Shown piece after piece: positions 23,155-33,935 of a stretch of DNA of 64,000 nt. Origin of the DNA: Neophaeotheca triangularis (Eukaryota). Positions within the stretch are counted from its first letter, which is position 1. Each line of letters begins with the position of its first letter. The DNA is taken from contig BAAIJX010000002.1 of assembly GCA_054600435.1 (NCBI GenBank), positions 744,001 through 808,000 of the forward strand, read 5' to 3'. The translations under genes were made by a program, and so were the position numbers. The notes under the pieces were generated by a model that was not told where the DNA came from, made no database searches, and saw only the letters and a list, made by a program, of their open reading frames with translations.

Positions 23155-26100
23155 TGTTCATTTCTCATCAGGCGCTACGATAAGGTATTCGTGCGCAATA
23201 GGAGAGCGCCGGCGACTCAATCAGATTGCAAATCTTCTTCCGGCCTGCATAGGTAGGGCTGTCAGCCCCGGCTAGCTGGTCGTAGACGAACGACAGCAAC
23301 AACAACGTCCCTCGCTGCAACATGTTTGGCAGTCTCCATAAGCTCTACAGGCTATTGGCACGTCGCGTGGACATATGCAAGCCGGCTGCCACCGTCAACG
23401 GGGCGCATCGGGAGGAGGTCAAGTGACCCGCTCTCCGACGGCGTGGTCCATGCCCGTACGTGCAGGTGGTTACTCGTGCCGCAACTCGAGGCTTGGGCGG
23501 CGGGCCTCTTGCATGAACACGAAATCAGGGGAAGGAGGGCGGCTCGCGATTAATGATCCGAGCTGCGTCTTGCCAACGCATCCCACACCCACCTCGTCCA
23601 CCGCAATTTTATCATTGGATGCCCGCTCTTGATTTTCGCCTTTTCCATGCCTGTAGCTGCATATCTTGACGCGGGTGACAAGCAGCTGCAGCACGCTGTG
23701 CAGCACGCCTCACAACAGGCGCGGCGCCGCGAAGCGCATGCTCTCGAGTCTGCAGGGCACTTTCACTAGTACTATTGTCTTTGCTTTCTTCACCAAGCAC
23801 ACCAAGCACACCAACACACCAGCACACGGCTCGTGACGCAGACGGTTCCGCTAACTTACTGTATCGATTGCGATCGCCTACCGGGCTAACTTACCACCAA
23901 GAGGTGCGCCGAGTAGCAGCGAAAAAGTACGACATTCCGGAACGGTGTGGGATCCGTGCGCCAGCCGGCGCCCGTTTCGTACCAATCGGGGGAGCGACTT
24001 GGGTGGCTACCTGACTTCCAATAATTCCAACAGAGGTCCTACGGTCGGCGGTCCTACCTACGCTATCTGGTCTCACTACTTGCAACAATACGCGACGCAG
24101 CATGCTACGGCAATTAGCCGTGGAAAAGTTCAATAAGTAATATCAGTTACCCCGCCAGCCATGTGTGTCGAAGTTCTCCAGGAGCCGAATCTTCAGTAGT
24201 TCCCGACACTGCGGCGAGAATCCATCGCTCGCGTGCCGCCCATAACATTGGAAATCGCTCAACCGTGGTTCCCAGTGGGCATCTTTTCCGGTATCTTCTA
24301 CCCCTTAGCGCCATTTATCGACCCAACGACCGAAAAATGTTTAATTGCGCGTATCCAATGTTGGATATCTAGTTTCAGACATTAATATTGCTTACGGCAA
24401 TGGTCGAGCCGACGTTACTGATAGTGATGAGCGGCAGATTCAGCATTTGCCCTGCACGAAGAGAGCACGCCATGCTGTCCGCCATGTCCAACGGTACCTT
24501 TAAGTTGGTACATGGTACGCTCTAGAAGATGGCGTTCACCAGACTAGGAGCGTTGCTTGTCACTGACTCTCTAGCAGTTTTAATCTCCATTATGGACACT
24601 AGTACCGCCTCAATAATAGTAATAATAATGTAAAAGGGATGGCGGCAGAGGTTCCAGAGGAATCATGGCACTATTGAAGTTCCCTCCCTTTGCACCGCCT
24701 GCGAGTCCACGAATCATGCAGTCCGAAATTATAGCCGTGAAGCTTTTCAAAAACTACAGGTGTACGCGAGAGATGTCTCGATAATACTGCTCTCCTGTGA
24801 GATAACGTGATCTCACGCAGCACTAGAGGGTCTCGTGACTCTCATCGAGCGCAAGCCGTAACGCGTCGGAGGTCGCTGTCGATGTGCGTCGGCGGTCGAC
24901 CAGCATCAACGCACATGTAAAGGGGCCAAGAGGCCTCGAACTACCTTTGCACCTCGCCTTTCTAATCACTCTTATCACGCGGTCATGCTAATAAACCTGC
25001 TAGTACTGGGCACCCTTGACGCTTGTCCTGCAACCACTTTCGGACCAAACTTCCTAGCATTAGCAAACCTTGCGATGCATTGTGCTAATTAATTCATGCA
25101 AGACGGCGGGGTTCTGCCACGTGCTGCCACATGGCTGCATGACGCCGCATCTCCCTGTGGTCTGCGGTGCTCACTACCTTTTCGCGTATACATCTGATTT
25201 GTCCCATTGTGCGGACGGTTCGTCGTATCGACGCAGTGCCGTCCCGTCTCGAGCCTCCTACCTCGTCAAGCCTGGTTGGCTTGTTTGCGTCGTCAGTGGC
25301 GTTCTCAGCTCTGCAGACGACTGCTTGCCGGACCTTGAATGCCCGTCGCCTCGACGGCAATGAGGACCTTGAGAGCGATGCGCAACTGTAGACGGGGCGT
25401 GTGTGGTCTCACACATTGGCGACGTGTCGTGCATGTCGGCTGCGACCATAGCTGATGCAAGCGCACTGTCAGAAGAAAATGGACGGCTACCTCGTGGTGT
25501 ACTCCGAGCCTCAGACAAGCATAGCCTCAAATTTGCCCACATCATTGGCGCATGCTGTATGTATGGGAGCATGAGAGCAGAGGCAACACAGATCTAAAGC
25601 ATCGACGAGCTCGCCTTGTACGGCAGATCATCCCTGCAGCGAGCCCGAAGAGCTTGCCCGTTGCCGTCCTCGACATCGCGTCCCGCGACCACAGCGCACA
25701 GTGGCGCCCACGTGTTAACATGGTCACGCCAATGTACCACACCAACCGATCCGTCCACATGGCAATGTCGTAGCACTTCTGGCTGTCAACACAAAGCCTG
25801 CAGAAACAATGTCGACCGCTGAATGCGTCTGTCGTGAAGCAGGCACGTATTTGCAATATGCTGCATGCATACGGAGGCGCCTGGATGCGGGTATGTCACA
25901 CGTTGGGCTCTGACGGCAGTTGGTGATTGATGCAAGCAATTGTGACTGCAGAAGTGCAAGTCGTCATGATACTTCTGCTCGGGGTTGACGGGGTCAGATC
26001 CTAATCGAGGCGAAGTGAACCGTCGCTCTGCCGGTCGACGTCCAGAGTCCAGACTTCCTCTTCTGGACAAGAAGCTCCGAAATCAGGTGAGGGATCAGCA

Positions 26101-27411
26101 GGCCGCTGCACGCTGGATGCTATATCATCGCATTCGACGCGGGTGAGGCGCTTGTCGCGATTTTGCAGCTAAAAGACTTTTTGTCGATCCTACTCTAGCG
26201 AGACCCGCTGCTTCGCTTCCTTGTGTTGGTGTGGTGAAGCGACCTTACAATGGGTAGTCCTTCGTATCAAATCAACGTAACAGGTCTTCGCTTCGCACTG
26301 ATCTCTTCGGCTTCTTTGTCGCATCCTCCATGACCCTGTGTTCGATTGTGTCATCGTGATCAAAATCAGCAGTGTCGATTACCTACGGTAACCAAACACA
26401 CCACACGCCCTGCCGTCTTCGGCATCCGCTAGTCTGAGGCCCTGTTCGTGAGAGGGTAGGAGCACGTATAGGACCAGATCGCCATTTACAGCGGCTCCTT
26501 TTGCAATGTAACGATCACATTCTGCTCTCCAGGATATCTGGAATGAAGCGTGCTCGGCGTGCTGTTGCCCATACGAGCTATGCAATATCGAGCCTCGAAG
26601 TGTGAACACAAGAACAGAGCTTCTTGGCTCGAGAGTCAAGGAGGCGCTCGTGATGCGGCATATTAGCCTCTAATTGGGATATATCATCAAGCCTTCGAGT
26701 GTTGCGGAGGGCAGTCGTCCCGCCTGGTGACAATCGTCTTTCAATTTTTTTCAAGGTGTGCAAGGCGTGATGTGAAGTTGAGCAGGCGGGTTTGAAACAG
26801 AGCGTCGAAGCTTCGCTTTTGGAGAGGCATTAATAAGGCTTTACTGGTATCTCATTCCCTTTGTTGTGACAGTCCAGTTTATATTAGGCTTTTGGGTCAA
26901 TCTCAATCTTGTCGCTACAACATTTGTCGACCTTCTCTTACGGTTAACTTATACAGGGTTTCCAGTACAATACTTCTTTGACATCGTTTTGTGTATTTTT
27001 CAACCGTCAAAGAGCCTAACTGGACACGCTTAGCACACGTCAATGCTTGATATCTCACCAAATCCGCGGACCGAGTTATTAAGATGAACAGTGTCATGTT
27101 GACGGAACAAAGAACTTTGCCCAAGACTCAAACTCTCACCCTTCCAAAGCCCAGGTTTTCGGGAACCCAGTCCGCCGTCCCGGCGCATGCCATAGCCGTC
27201 GGGATTTGGTCCTGATTGCCCAAGGCAGCTGTGATCTCATACCGTGTAACAGCCAGAATGGGCTAAAGGAAAACAATTGTTTTCCTTGCCTTTCCCTGAG
27301 ATACCTTATACTTCCTCTGTACTCCCCCTTTCCAGTTAGATATACCACACACAAATCAGCCAAAACCACAATAACACCCGCTGACTCGAGCCCCTCGATA
27401 CAACCGTCACA

Positions 27412-28446
27412 ATGTCCGAAGTTCAAAAGTACAAGATCACCGAACCCTATCTCAAGACCAGCTGCGGGCTAGGCGAAGCGCCTTTCTGGGAACAAAACCG
27501 CAACAGCCTGCGCTTCGTCGACATCGTGCAAAAACGCCTCCACTACATTGATCTTTCGCAAGGCGCATCGTCGTTGCAGACGCAACAGCTGCCCTTTTCC
27601 ATCGGCACGACTGCGGATATCGAGGGCAATGACAAGGAGTTTGTCTTTGGGGGCAAGAAAGGGTATGGCATCATGAACCGCGAGACGGGGGAGAGCAGGT
27701 GGATCAAGGATTTCTGGACCGAGGAGGAGAGGAAGGATGATGGGGGTGGGAAGGCCGGCGGTGCGAAGACGCTGGAAGAGAGGACGAGGAGTAATGATGG
27801 AGCTGTGGATGCGAGGGGCAGGTTCTTCGTCGGCGCGATGAACGATCCCACGACTGCGAAGAGCGTGACTGATGAAGGTGAGTTGCAAAGGTGATTGGTA
27901 TTATCTGTGCCGGCAAGGTGATTGACCCATGTCCCAGGCGTGCTCTTCCGTCTCGACCCCGATCTCTCGATCCACCGCGTCAAGACCCAGGTTTCCATCC
28001 CCAATGGCATTTCCTGGTCTCTGGACAACAAGACCTGCTACTTCACCGACTCGCCTAGCCAACAAATAACAGCGTACCCGTACAACCTCGACACGGGCGA
28101 CATTGACTTTGCAAACGGCAAGCCCTTCTTCACCTGCCCCTTCGAAGGCGGCGTCCCCGATGGCCACGCGCAGGACGCGGAAGGTTGCTTCTGGGTGGCA
28201 TGCTTCGGTACTGGAAAGGTTGTGAGAGTGAACACAAAGGGCGAGGTTGTCGCGGAGATCGAGGTGCCGACGAGATGTCCGACTTGTCCGGCAATTGCTG
28301 GGACGACCCTGTACATTACTACTGCCGCGGAGGAGGAGCCCGAGAAATACCCCTGGAGCACCGAACTGGCGGGTGCGACATTCAAGATCGATATTGGCGT
28401 CAAGGGATCGCCTTTGAACAGGTTTAGGATGGAGGCCAAGGCTTGA
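27412..28446 (+). CDS. SMP-30/gluconolactonase/LRE (regucalcin-like) protein; exons 27412-27877, 27938-28446
   Basis: Motifs LGEAPFW, RSNDGAVDARGRFFVGAMND, SIPNGISWSLDNKTCYFTDS, GVPDGHAQDAEGCFWVA and PTCPAIAGTTLYITTA. Intron GTGAGT...TTGAC...CAG restores the frame. Confidence 0.92.
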
Positions 28447-28591
28447 TGCTTTGATGAGACAGAGATGCAACGAGTGACGACGGTTGATGACAGATTTGTG
28501 TAGAGCAACGATAGACTATAACATTTTTTCCAGGCTTCAATCCTGAGAGGGTTGCGTGCGCACAACGTCGCACACACACTGGCGAGAACTC

Positions 28592-29671
28592 TTAAAGCTC
28601 CCCCCAAAGCGAACCAATCCCGGCTTCAAGCTCGTCTACCCAATCCTTACCATGACCCTCATGATACAACCGACCCATAGGCACCCTATACTCCGCCCTC
28701 CCGTCATCCGGCTGCCTCCACCTCTGCTCATTCTCCCAAAGCGCATCGCACCTATGAAAAGCCACAGTGCGACTCACCATCGCCTCCCAAGAAACTCCGC
28801 TCAACACCCCCAGCCTGTCCATATCCACCACCCTCGCCTCCGAACCCTCCACAACAAGCCTCCGCACTTCGGTAAAAGCAAAAGCCTCCCCCAGAGCCTT
28901 AAGAACCCACTCCAGATCCGGGCCCAGCCTCCCCCCCTTCCTCCGATTCGACACACAAGACGCACGACAAGGTTCCGGGCAACTGCCCGCAGCAACCTCA
29001 ACGACCAACTCATTCAACCGCAATCCGCGCAAGCCCTCGCTGGCCCTCTCCCACAGCCCTCCCGCGGGAACAGCGCGGTGCAAATTCAACAACCTCCTGG
29101 CTTCCGGCGGCGCGAACAACATCAGCAGCTCGCTCGCGAACATGCGCAAGTGCAGGCGGGTGATTAGGTGGAGGTTTTGAGCGCCGGTGCTGTCGAGCCA
29201 GTTCACCAGACGGCCCGCGGAGTTGTAAGGGGCGCGGTTGTCCGTGGACGTGTATGTGCGTTCGGCCGAGGTGAAGGTGAAGGGGCCGCCGCCGTGGTAC
29301 CAGGAGCGGAAGTGGGTGTCTAGGGCGCGGTTGGTGAGGCGGAGGGGGAGCCAGGTTTGGTGTGGAGATGACGTTTTGGGGAGCGGTTTCGAGGTTCGGG
29401 TGGTTCTGCGTTTGCGTTTGCGGTGTTTGGTTGTGGAAGTGGCGGGCCATTGGTAAGAGGTTTTGGTGTTGTAGAAGATGGGAGCGTCGAGTTCTTGGAT
29501 TCCATGTGAGATTGTTCGTTGGGTTGTGATTGGGGCGAGGTTTTCGAAGATTTGATCGAGGAGCTCCGGGGCGAGACGATCGAGTGCTGCGCGTTTGCCT
29601 TGAGATGTGATGGTCCCCAACGATATTTTTGGACTGATCGAAGTAACGAGGTCACTGGATTGGGTAGCCAT
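28592..29671 (-). CDS. Hypothetical protein with F-box-like N-terminal motif
   Basis: 359-aa ORF with an ATG start. Contains LDRLAPELLDQIFENL, then WLPLRLTNRALDTHFRSWYHGGGPFTF and LVNWLDSTGAQNLHLITRLHL, a layout typical of expanded Dothideomycete F-box-like families. Confidence 0.7.
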   Translation of the reverse strand: MATQSSDLVTSISPKISLGTITSQGKRAALDRLAPELLDQIFENLAPITTQRTISHGIQELDAPIFYNTKTSYQWPATSTTKHRKRKRRTTRTSKPLPKTSSPHQTWLPLRLTNRALDTHFRSWYHGGGPFTFTSAERTYTSTDNRAPYNSAGRLVNWLDSTGAQNLHLITRLHLRMFASELLMLFAPPEARRLLNLHRAVPAGGLWERASEGLRGLRLNELVVEVAAGSCPEPCRASCVSNRRKGGRLGPDLEWVLKALGEAFAFTEVRRLVVEGSEARVVDMDRLGVLSGVSWEAMVSRTVAFHRCDALWENEQRWRQPDDGRAEYRVPMGRLYHEGHGKDWVDELEAGIGSLWGEL

Positions 29672-30029
29672 GCTTGAGATGAGAGGGAGCGAGTGGTACT
29701 CGATAATAGATGCAAGATTATGTTGTAGCGATGTGCTGCGTAGCTTTGCAGTGCGTATGTGATATGTATGTGATGGGTATTGGAAAGGTTGTGTAGAAGA
29801 GAACCAAGATAATGATGGCAGTATAAGTAACTTCGCTGATTTGATTGATGTCCTCTCTTGATGTTAATGTCCTCTCGTGACGAACCACTCCAGCCGGCCC
29901 GAACAGTGATTACCAGCTCGCAAAGCACCCCCTCTCATTTGACATTACCAGCAATCACCGATGCAAACATACCCGTGATGTTGTGTCGCTGTCAATGGAG
30001 ATACTCCAGTACGTCTCGAACCCCCATTA

Positions 30030-32363
30030 TTAACGTTTCCCCGCCGTGCGAGCAGAAGCCTTGGATCGGGAGACAGGAGGTGCCGTCGAGTTGGCCGCCT
30101 GTCGCTCGCCCGCGAACGTCGCAATATTGGACAACAGATCATCCAAGTCCAGGTCTGCCGTCCGTTTCATGCTTCTCGCGGGCTTTGATACACGGCTTGA
30201 CTGCTGTGGAACTGGCGGCGCTTTACGCTCTTGTGGTGCAAACAGCCAATCGATATCTTCTTCTTCGCCATCGTTGTTGCCTGGCTGGACCTCTTGAGAT
30301 GCTGGGGGTGTTGGTGGATGGGCGACGGCGGTATTGCGCTGCGAATCTTGGTATGTAGTTCTGTTCGTTTTCTTGGGAGCTTGAAGTTTGGGCTCTGAGG
30401 GCTTTTGCTCGTTCTTTGAGAGCGACAAAGGTGGCTTTTCTGGTGACCGCTTTTCTGGTGAGACGGACATTATGGATCTGTTCGCATTTGACTCGGCCAA
30501 GGGCTGACGTCGCTTAACATTATCAGGCGCAGTATCTTCTTGTTGAACCAGCGGCGTTGCTTTATCGGGAACCTCTACATCAGCCTGTTCGACAGCTTGG
30601 ACGGTGCGCTTCACGACTCTGCTTCTTTTTCTGGGGATCGCGGTCACATTATCTGGTGCGTTCTTTGGACCTGCATCGCATTGGTCTGCATTGGAGGCCG
30701 CCCTGGCACTGCATTCTTGATCGTTGTCTTCCACGGCCGCTTCTTGCGCGGCTTTCTTGCCTCCTGTCTTTAGCGCTGCGATTTCAACCCTTGATCTTTT
30801 TGGAGCAACCGTCGCAGTTACAAGTTCGGGCTCGCGGAAGATTTGGGATACTGAGTCCGTATTGAAGGTCAGCCTGTCATCGTCTTCCGGACGCTCATCG
30901 GAAATCTGGTCCGCATCCTGCTGCACAGCTGCTTGCATTACAGCTTTGCCTCGCTTCCTTGGCGCGGCTCTCTTCGGCTTCTTTCGTTCTGAGGGCTCTG
31001 GAGCAGCGTTCTCCTCAAGCTCGTGAATTACCGGGTCTCTTGCGACTTGAACCGAAGATTGCCCACAACCGTCACGAGTAGCCTTGCCGTCATTTTTCGG
31101 AAGCCCCGTGTTCCTTGTCTCGTTCTTCGGGAAGACAATCTCGGCTGAAAGCTCGTCGACATCATCATCACCAGCCTCTTGCGTCTCTCCCACTGCTGAT
31201 TTGGTGATGCTCACCATCTCAATTGCTTTACGGGGTGGGGCTCTCGAACGCTTCGTTGGGAGCGCCGCCTCGTTGGCGGCTGCATCACCGCTTGCTTGAG
31301 GTTCCTCCGTGCGAGTGTTCTCTTTGGGGGCAACTGCTTTGCGAGACTTGGCTTGTCTAGTCTTCTTTGGTTCGTCGAGAGGCGCAACTTTGCAAGGCTC
31401 TTTGTCGGCGGCCGGGTTGTGCCCCCTGAGTGCCGCCTTTTTACATGGGGCAGCCTCCGGCATGGCAGTTGTAATGTGGCTTTCAGTGGGTTCCGCTTTC
31501 TTGCGCCGTGCTGTCGGTTTCTTTGTAGGCTTGGGCACGCCTTCGACAGTAATTTCCGTATTATTTGGGGCGATATCCTCTGTGGTCACTGGCTGTCGCG
31601 TCCTTCCGACCCGTTTAGTTGTGGGTTCGGGAGCCTTATCGTTCATCTCAAAGGGGGCCGCGACTACCTCGCTGTGTTGTTCCGGCGCGTCGACTTTCTT
31701 CCGCTTGCTACTCTGTTTCTTCACGGCAGGTTTCGAAGGCCCGCTCACGCGGTTATCCACCATCATCTTCTCTTCCACAGGTCTCTCTAGCACTTTCCTC
31801 GGCCCACGCGCCGGCTTCTTCGCAGCCCGCTCAGTCTCGGGTCTCGCAGGCTCCACAAGCCCCGGGACGTCCTGCCCATTCCCATCATCCTCGTGTACCA
31901 TATCAACCTTCTTTGCTCTACCTACGCGCTTCTTGACCACAGGCATAGGCTCGACATCCTTCCTAGCGCGCTTGACAGGCCTCTTCCTACTCTCCAACGC
32001 AGCATCAAAGCTGTCATCCACCTTGCCTCTGGGCGCATTTATGACCGCATCATCCTCGAAATTTGCCTTCCGTTTCGCGCCCGCTCGTTTCCCATTTGCC
32101 AGCGAATCCTCCAACTCCTGCCCGGTGCCCACTGTCGCATGCTCCACCAAATTCACCCCTCTCGACACAGCAGCCGTAAACTCCACACTCCCGACCGCAT
32201 TGCCTTCTCTGTTCTTGCTCTTCTCTTCTCCACCTTCCGCCTCCAAACCCAAAGCCCCAAACGAGAAACCAAAATTCGCAGTCACAGCTCTAACGCCCGC
32301 GCCTCGCTGGCGCATAAGATGTCTCTCAACTCTATCCTGCTTGGCAGGGGTGCTTTGTGACAT
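30030..32363 (-). CDS. Lys/Arg/Ala/Pro-rich low-complexity protein with an Ame1/CENP-U-like N-terminal motif
   Basis: 777-aa single ORF. N-terminus DRVERHLMRQRGAGVRAVTANFGFSFG, many basic NLS-like clusters, a KEN motif and SPEKRSPEK. Confidence 0.7.
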   Translation of the reverse strand: MSQSTPAKQDRVERHLMRQRGAGVRAVTANFGFSFGALGLEAEGGEEKSKNREGNAVGSVEFTAAVSRGVNLVEHATVGTGQELEDSLANGKRAGAKRKANFEDDAVINAPRGKVDDSFDAALESRKRPVKRARKDVEPMPVVKKRVGRAKKVDMVHEDDGNGQDVPGLVEPARPETERAAKKPARGPRKVLERPVEEKMMVDNRVSGPSKPAVKKQSSKRKKVDAPEQHSEVVAAPFEMNDKAPEPTTKRVGRTRQPVTTEDIAPNNTEITVEGVPKPTKKPTARRKKAEPTESHITTAMPEAAPCKKAALRGHNPAADKEPCKVAPLDEPKKTRQAKSRKAVAPKENTRTEEPQASGDAAANEAALPTKRSRAPPRKAIEMVSITKSAVGETQEAGDDDVDELSAEIVFPKNETRNTGLPKNDGKATRDGCGQSSVQVARDPVIHELEENAAPEPSERKKPKRAAPRKRGKAVMQAAVQQDADQISDERPEDDDRLTFNTDSVSQIFREPELVTATVAPKRSRVEIAALKTGGKKAAQEAAVEDNDQECSARAASNADQCDAGPKNAPDNVTAIPRKRSRVVKRTVQAVEQADVEVPDKATPLVQQEDTAPDNVKRRQPLAESNANRSIMSVSPEKRSPEKPPLSLSKNEQKPSEPKLQAPKKTNRTTYQDSQRNTAVAHPPTPPASQEVQPGNNDGEEEDIDWLFAPQERKAPPVPQQSSRVSKPARSMKRTADLDLDDLLSNIATFAGERQAANSTAPPVSRSKASARTAGKR

Positions 32364-33170
32364 GCTCGCGATAAGTTATGTCTAGCTATGTGTGCTATGT
32401 GGCTTCATGGGCGATAAAGGAGTGCATATGCTGATGTCGTAGTATTGGTGAAGGTGTTTTGGGCGTGTTTTGGTATTACTGCTTTGGGATGAGCTGGGGA
32501 GGGTCGCTTGATAGCCGCGGGCTGTGGGGCTGATAAGCGCGGGAGGGCAGGGCCGGAAGCGCGGGCGGGCTGGTGGGGCTGCCGTGGACGTTGTTCGACC
32601 GAGCGAATGTTGCAGGATGTTGCAGTGAATGGTAAGATACCGTAGGTATTCTCGACCTTTTGCATAGAGGCTTCTCACGAAGCTTGTCGACGGTCCGGCA
32701 CTTACCTAGATAGCGAGCAATATCAGCTACTACCTGTCCTAGTCGTGAAGATTCGGCCTCTGCAACTCGGACCAGCTTCACCTCTAAGACGACCTTTTCG
32801 CAAGCGACATGATCCACGGGCGAACGGAGTCAGCAACAATTAAGATGCAACCAAAGACGGCTGTGTTACTTGTGCTGCTAGCTATTGAGAAAATTCTATC
32901 ATGTGTTGCGCGTAGTGGGGCTTTCCATGGGTAAGCGGTGCTGGATGTGCCGGATGTGCTGTTGGGGGCAATCATATAAGTACATCGACACCGGGCCCCT
33001 CTAGTAGCCTAGACCTTGTCAAGCAGCCCTATAGCGAGCGTTGAAACCAGGGCTGCCATTTATTCCCATGCTGTGATGCGCTGGTCTCCTCCACGTCCAT
33101 GCCTTTTCACTCTACTCCCTCTTCTGACCTGACCTGACATTACGCAGACCTTACCTCTCAATTCAGCTCC

Positions 33171-33935
33171 TCATTCCGAGGTCGAGTCGAAGAGAAAGAA
33201 CAAACCAGTGCGCAACGACTTAATCTTCCCAGCCCACCTCCGAAGACTATCGCAAGCAGCCTACACCCTGCTCGAGCGACGATCAAGCCCAAGCATGAAA
33301 GCCTCCAGAGACACCGCCCCCTCCCCCTCAAGCCGGACGCTATCGAGGCCACTCTGGACCAGTCTACTGAGCTACAGAGCGCCAATTGTCTCCTGCAAGC
33401 CGATATCCAACCCTCGTGCGATGCGCTGCGGCCTTTCAAGAGTGTAATCATGAACAGTTCTATTGAAGAAGTCGATGATGACGTAGTGGTTGAAGCGACG
33501 AGAACGATCGCCTTGGAGAGTCTGGAGCCAGAACTCAACGTTGCGGCAGAATTTAAGCATCTGAGCAGGCACACGGTTGGCCAGGAGGGGGAACTTACGC
33601 TCGATGGGCCTACGGCGTGGGTCTGTGGTGGTTCCGAGTAGGCCGGCGTGGATTCTGATCTTGTGGTAGAAGAGTGGAGCAATTTATTTTCGGGTCTGTC
33701 GGCAGGTTTGAATGATGCTGGGCTTATTCGTGTACTTGAGTGGTTTGAGGTCGCCGATGCTCCAGTCGTTTGAGATGATGTAGGAGTTGATGCGGTTGCG
33801 GATTTTGGGGGCAAGGCGGAGGAGTGGGGAGTCGGCGCCGTTACGCTCGGTGATAGAGGCGAAAGGGGGTGGAGGCACCTTCTTGACATGAGGGAAAATC
33901 CTTGCCTCGATCTTGGCTTGGTATGGGGTCGGGTG
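33171..33935 (-). pseudogene. F-box-like family pseudogene with three in-frame nonsense codons
   Basis: One frame reads SPLLRLAPKIRNRINSYII...KPSIIQTCRQTRK*IAPLFYHKIRIH...TIGAL*LSRLVQ...SSRV*AACD...SE*. Internal stops lie at 33684-33686, 33372-33374 and 33261-33263, and no in-frame ATG lies upstream of the F-box-like motif. Confidence 0.7.

Noticed and set aside
28435..28446. C-terminal AKA of SMP-30 as a peroxisomal PTS1
   Set aside because: It does not fit (S/A/C)(K/R/H)(L/M), and there is no readthrough context or PTS1 in the downstream frame.
31309..32385. 358-aa plus-strand ORF
   Set aside because: Antisense shadow of the 777-aa gene, with no domain-like content and a non-ATG start.
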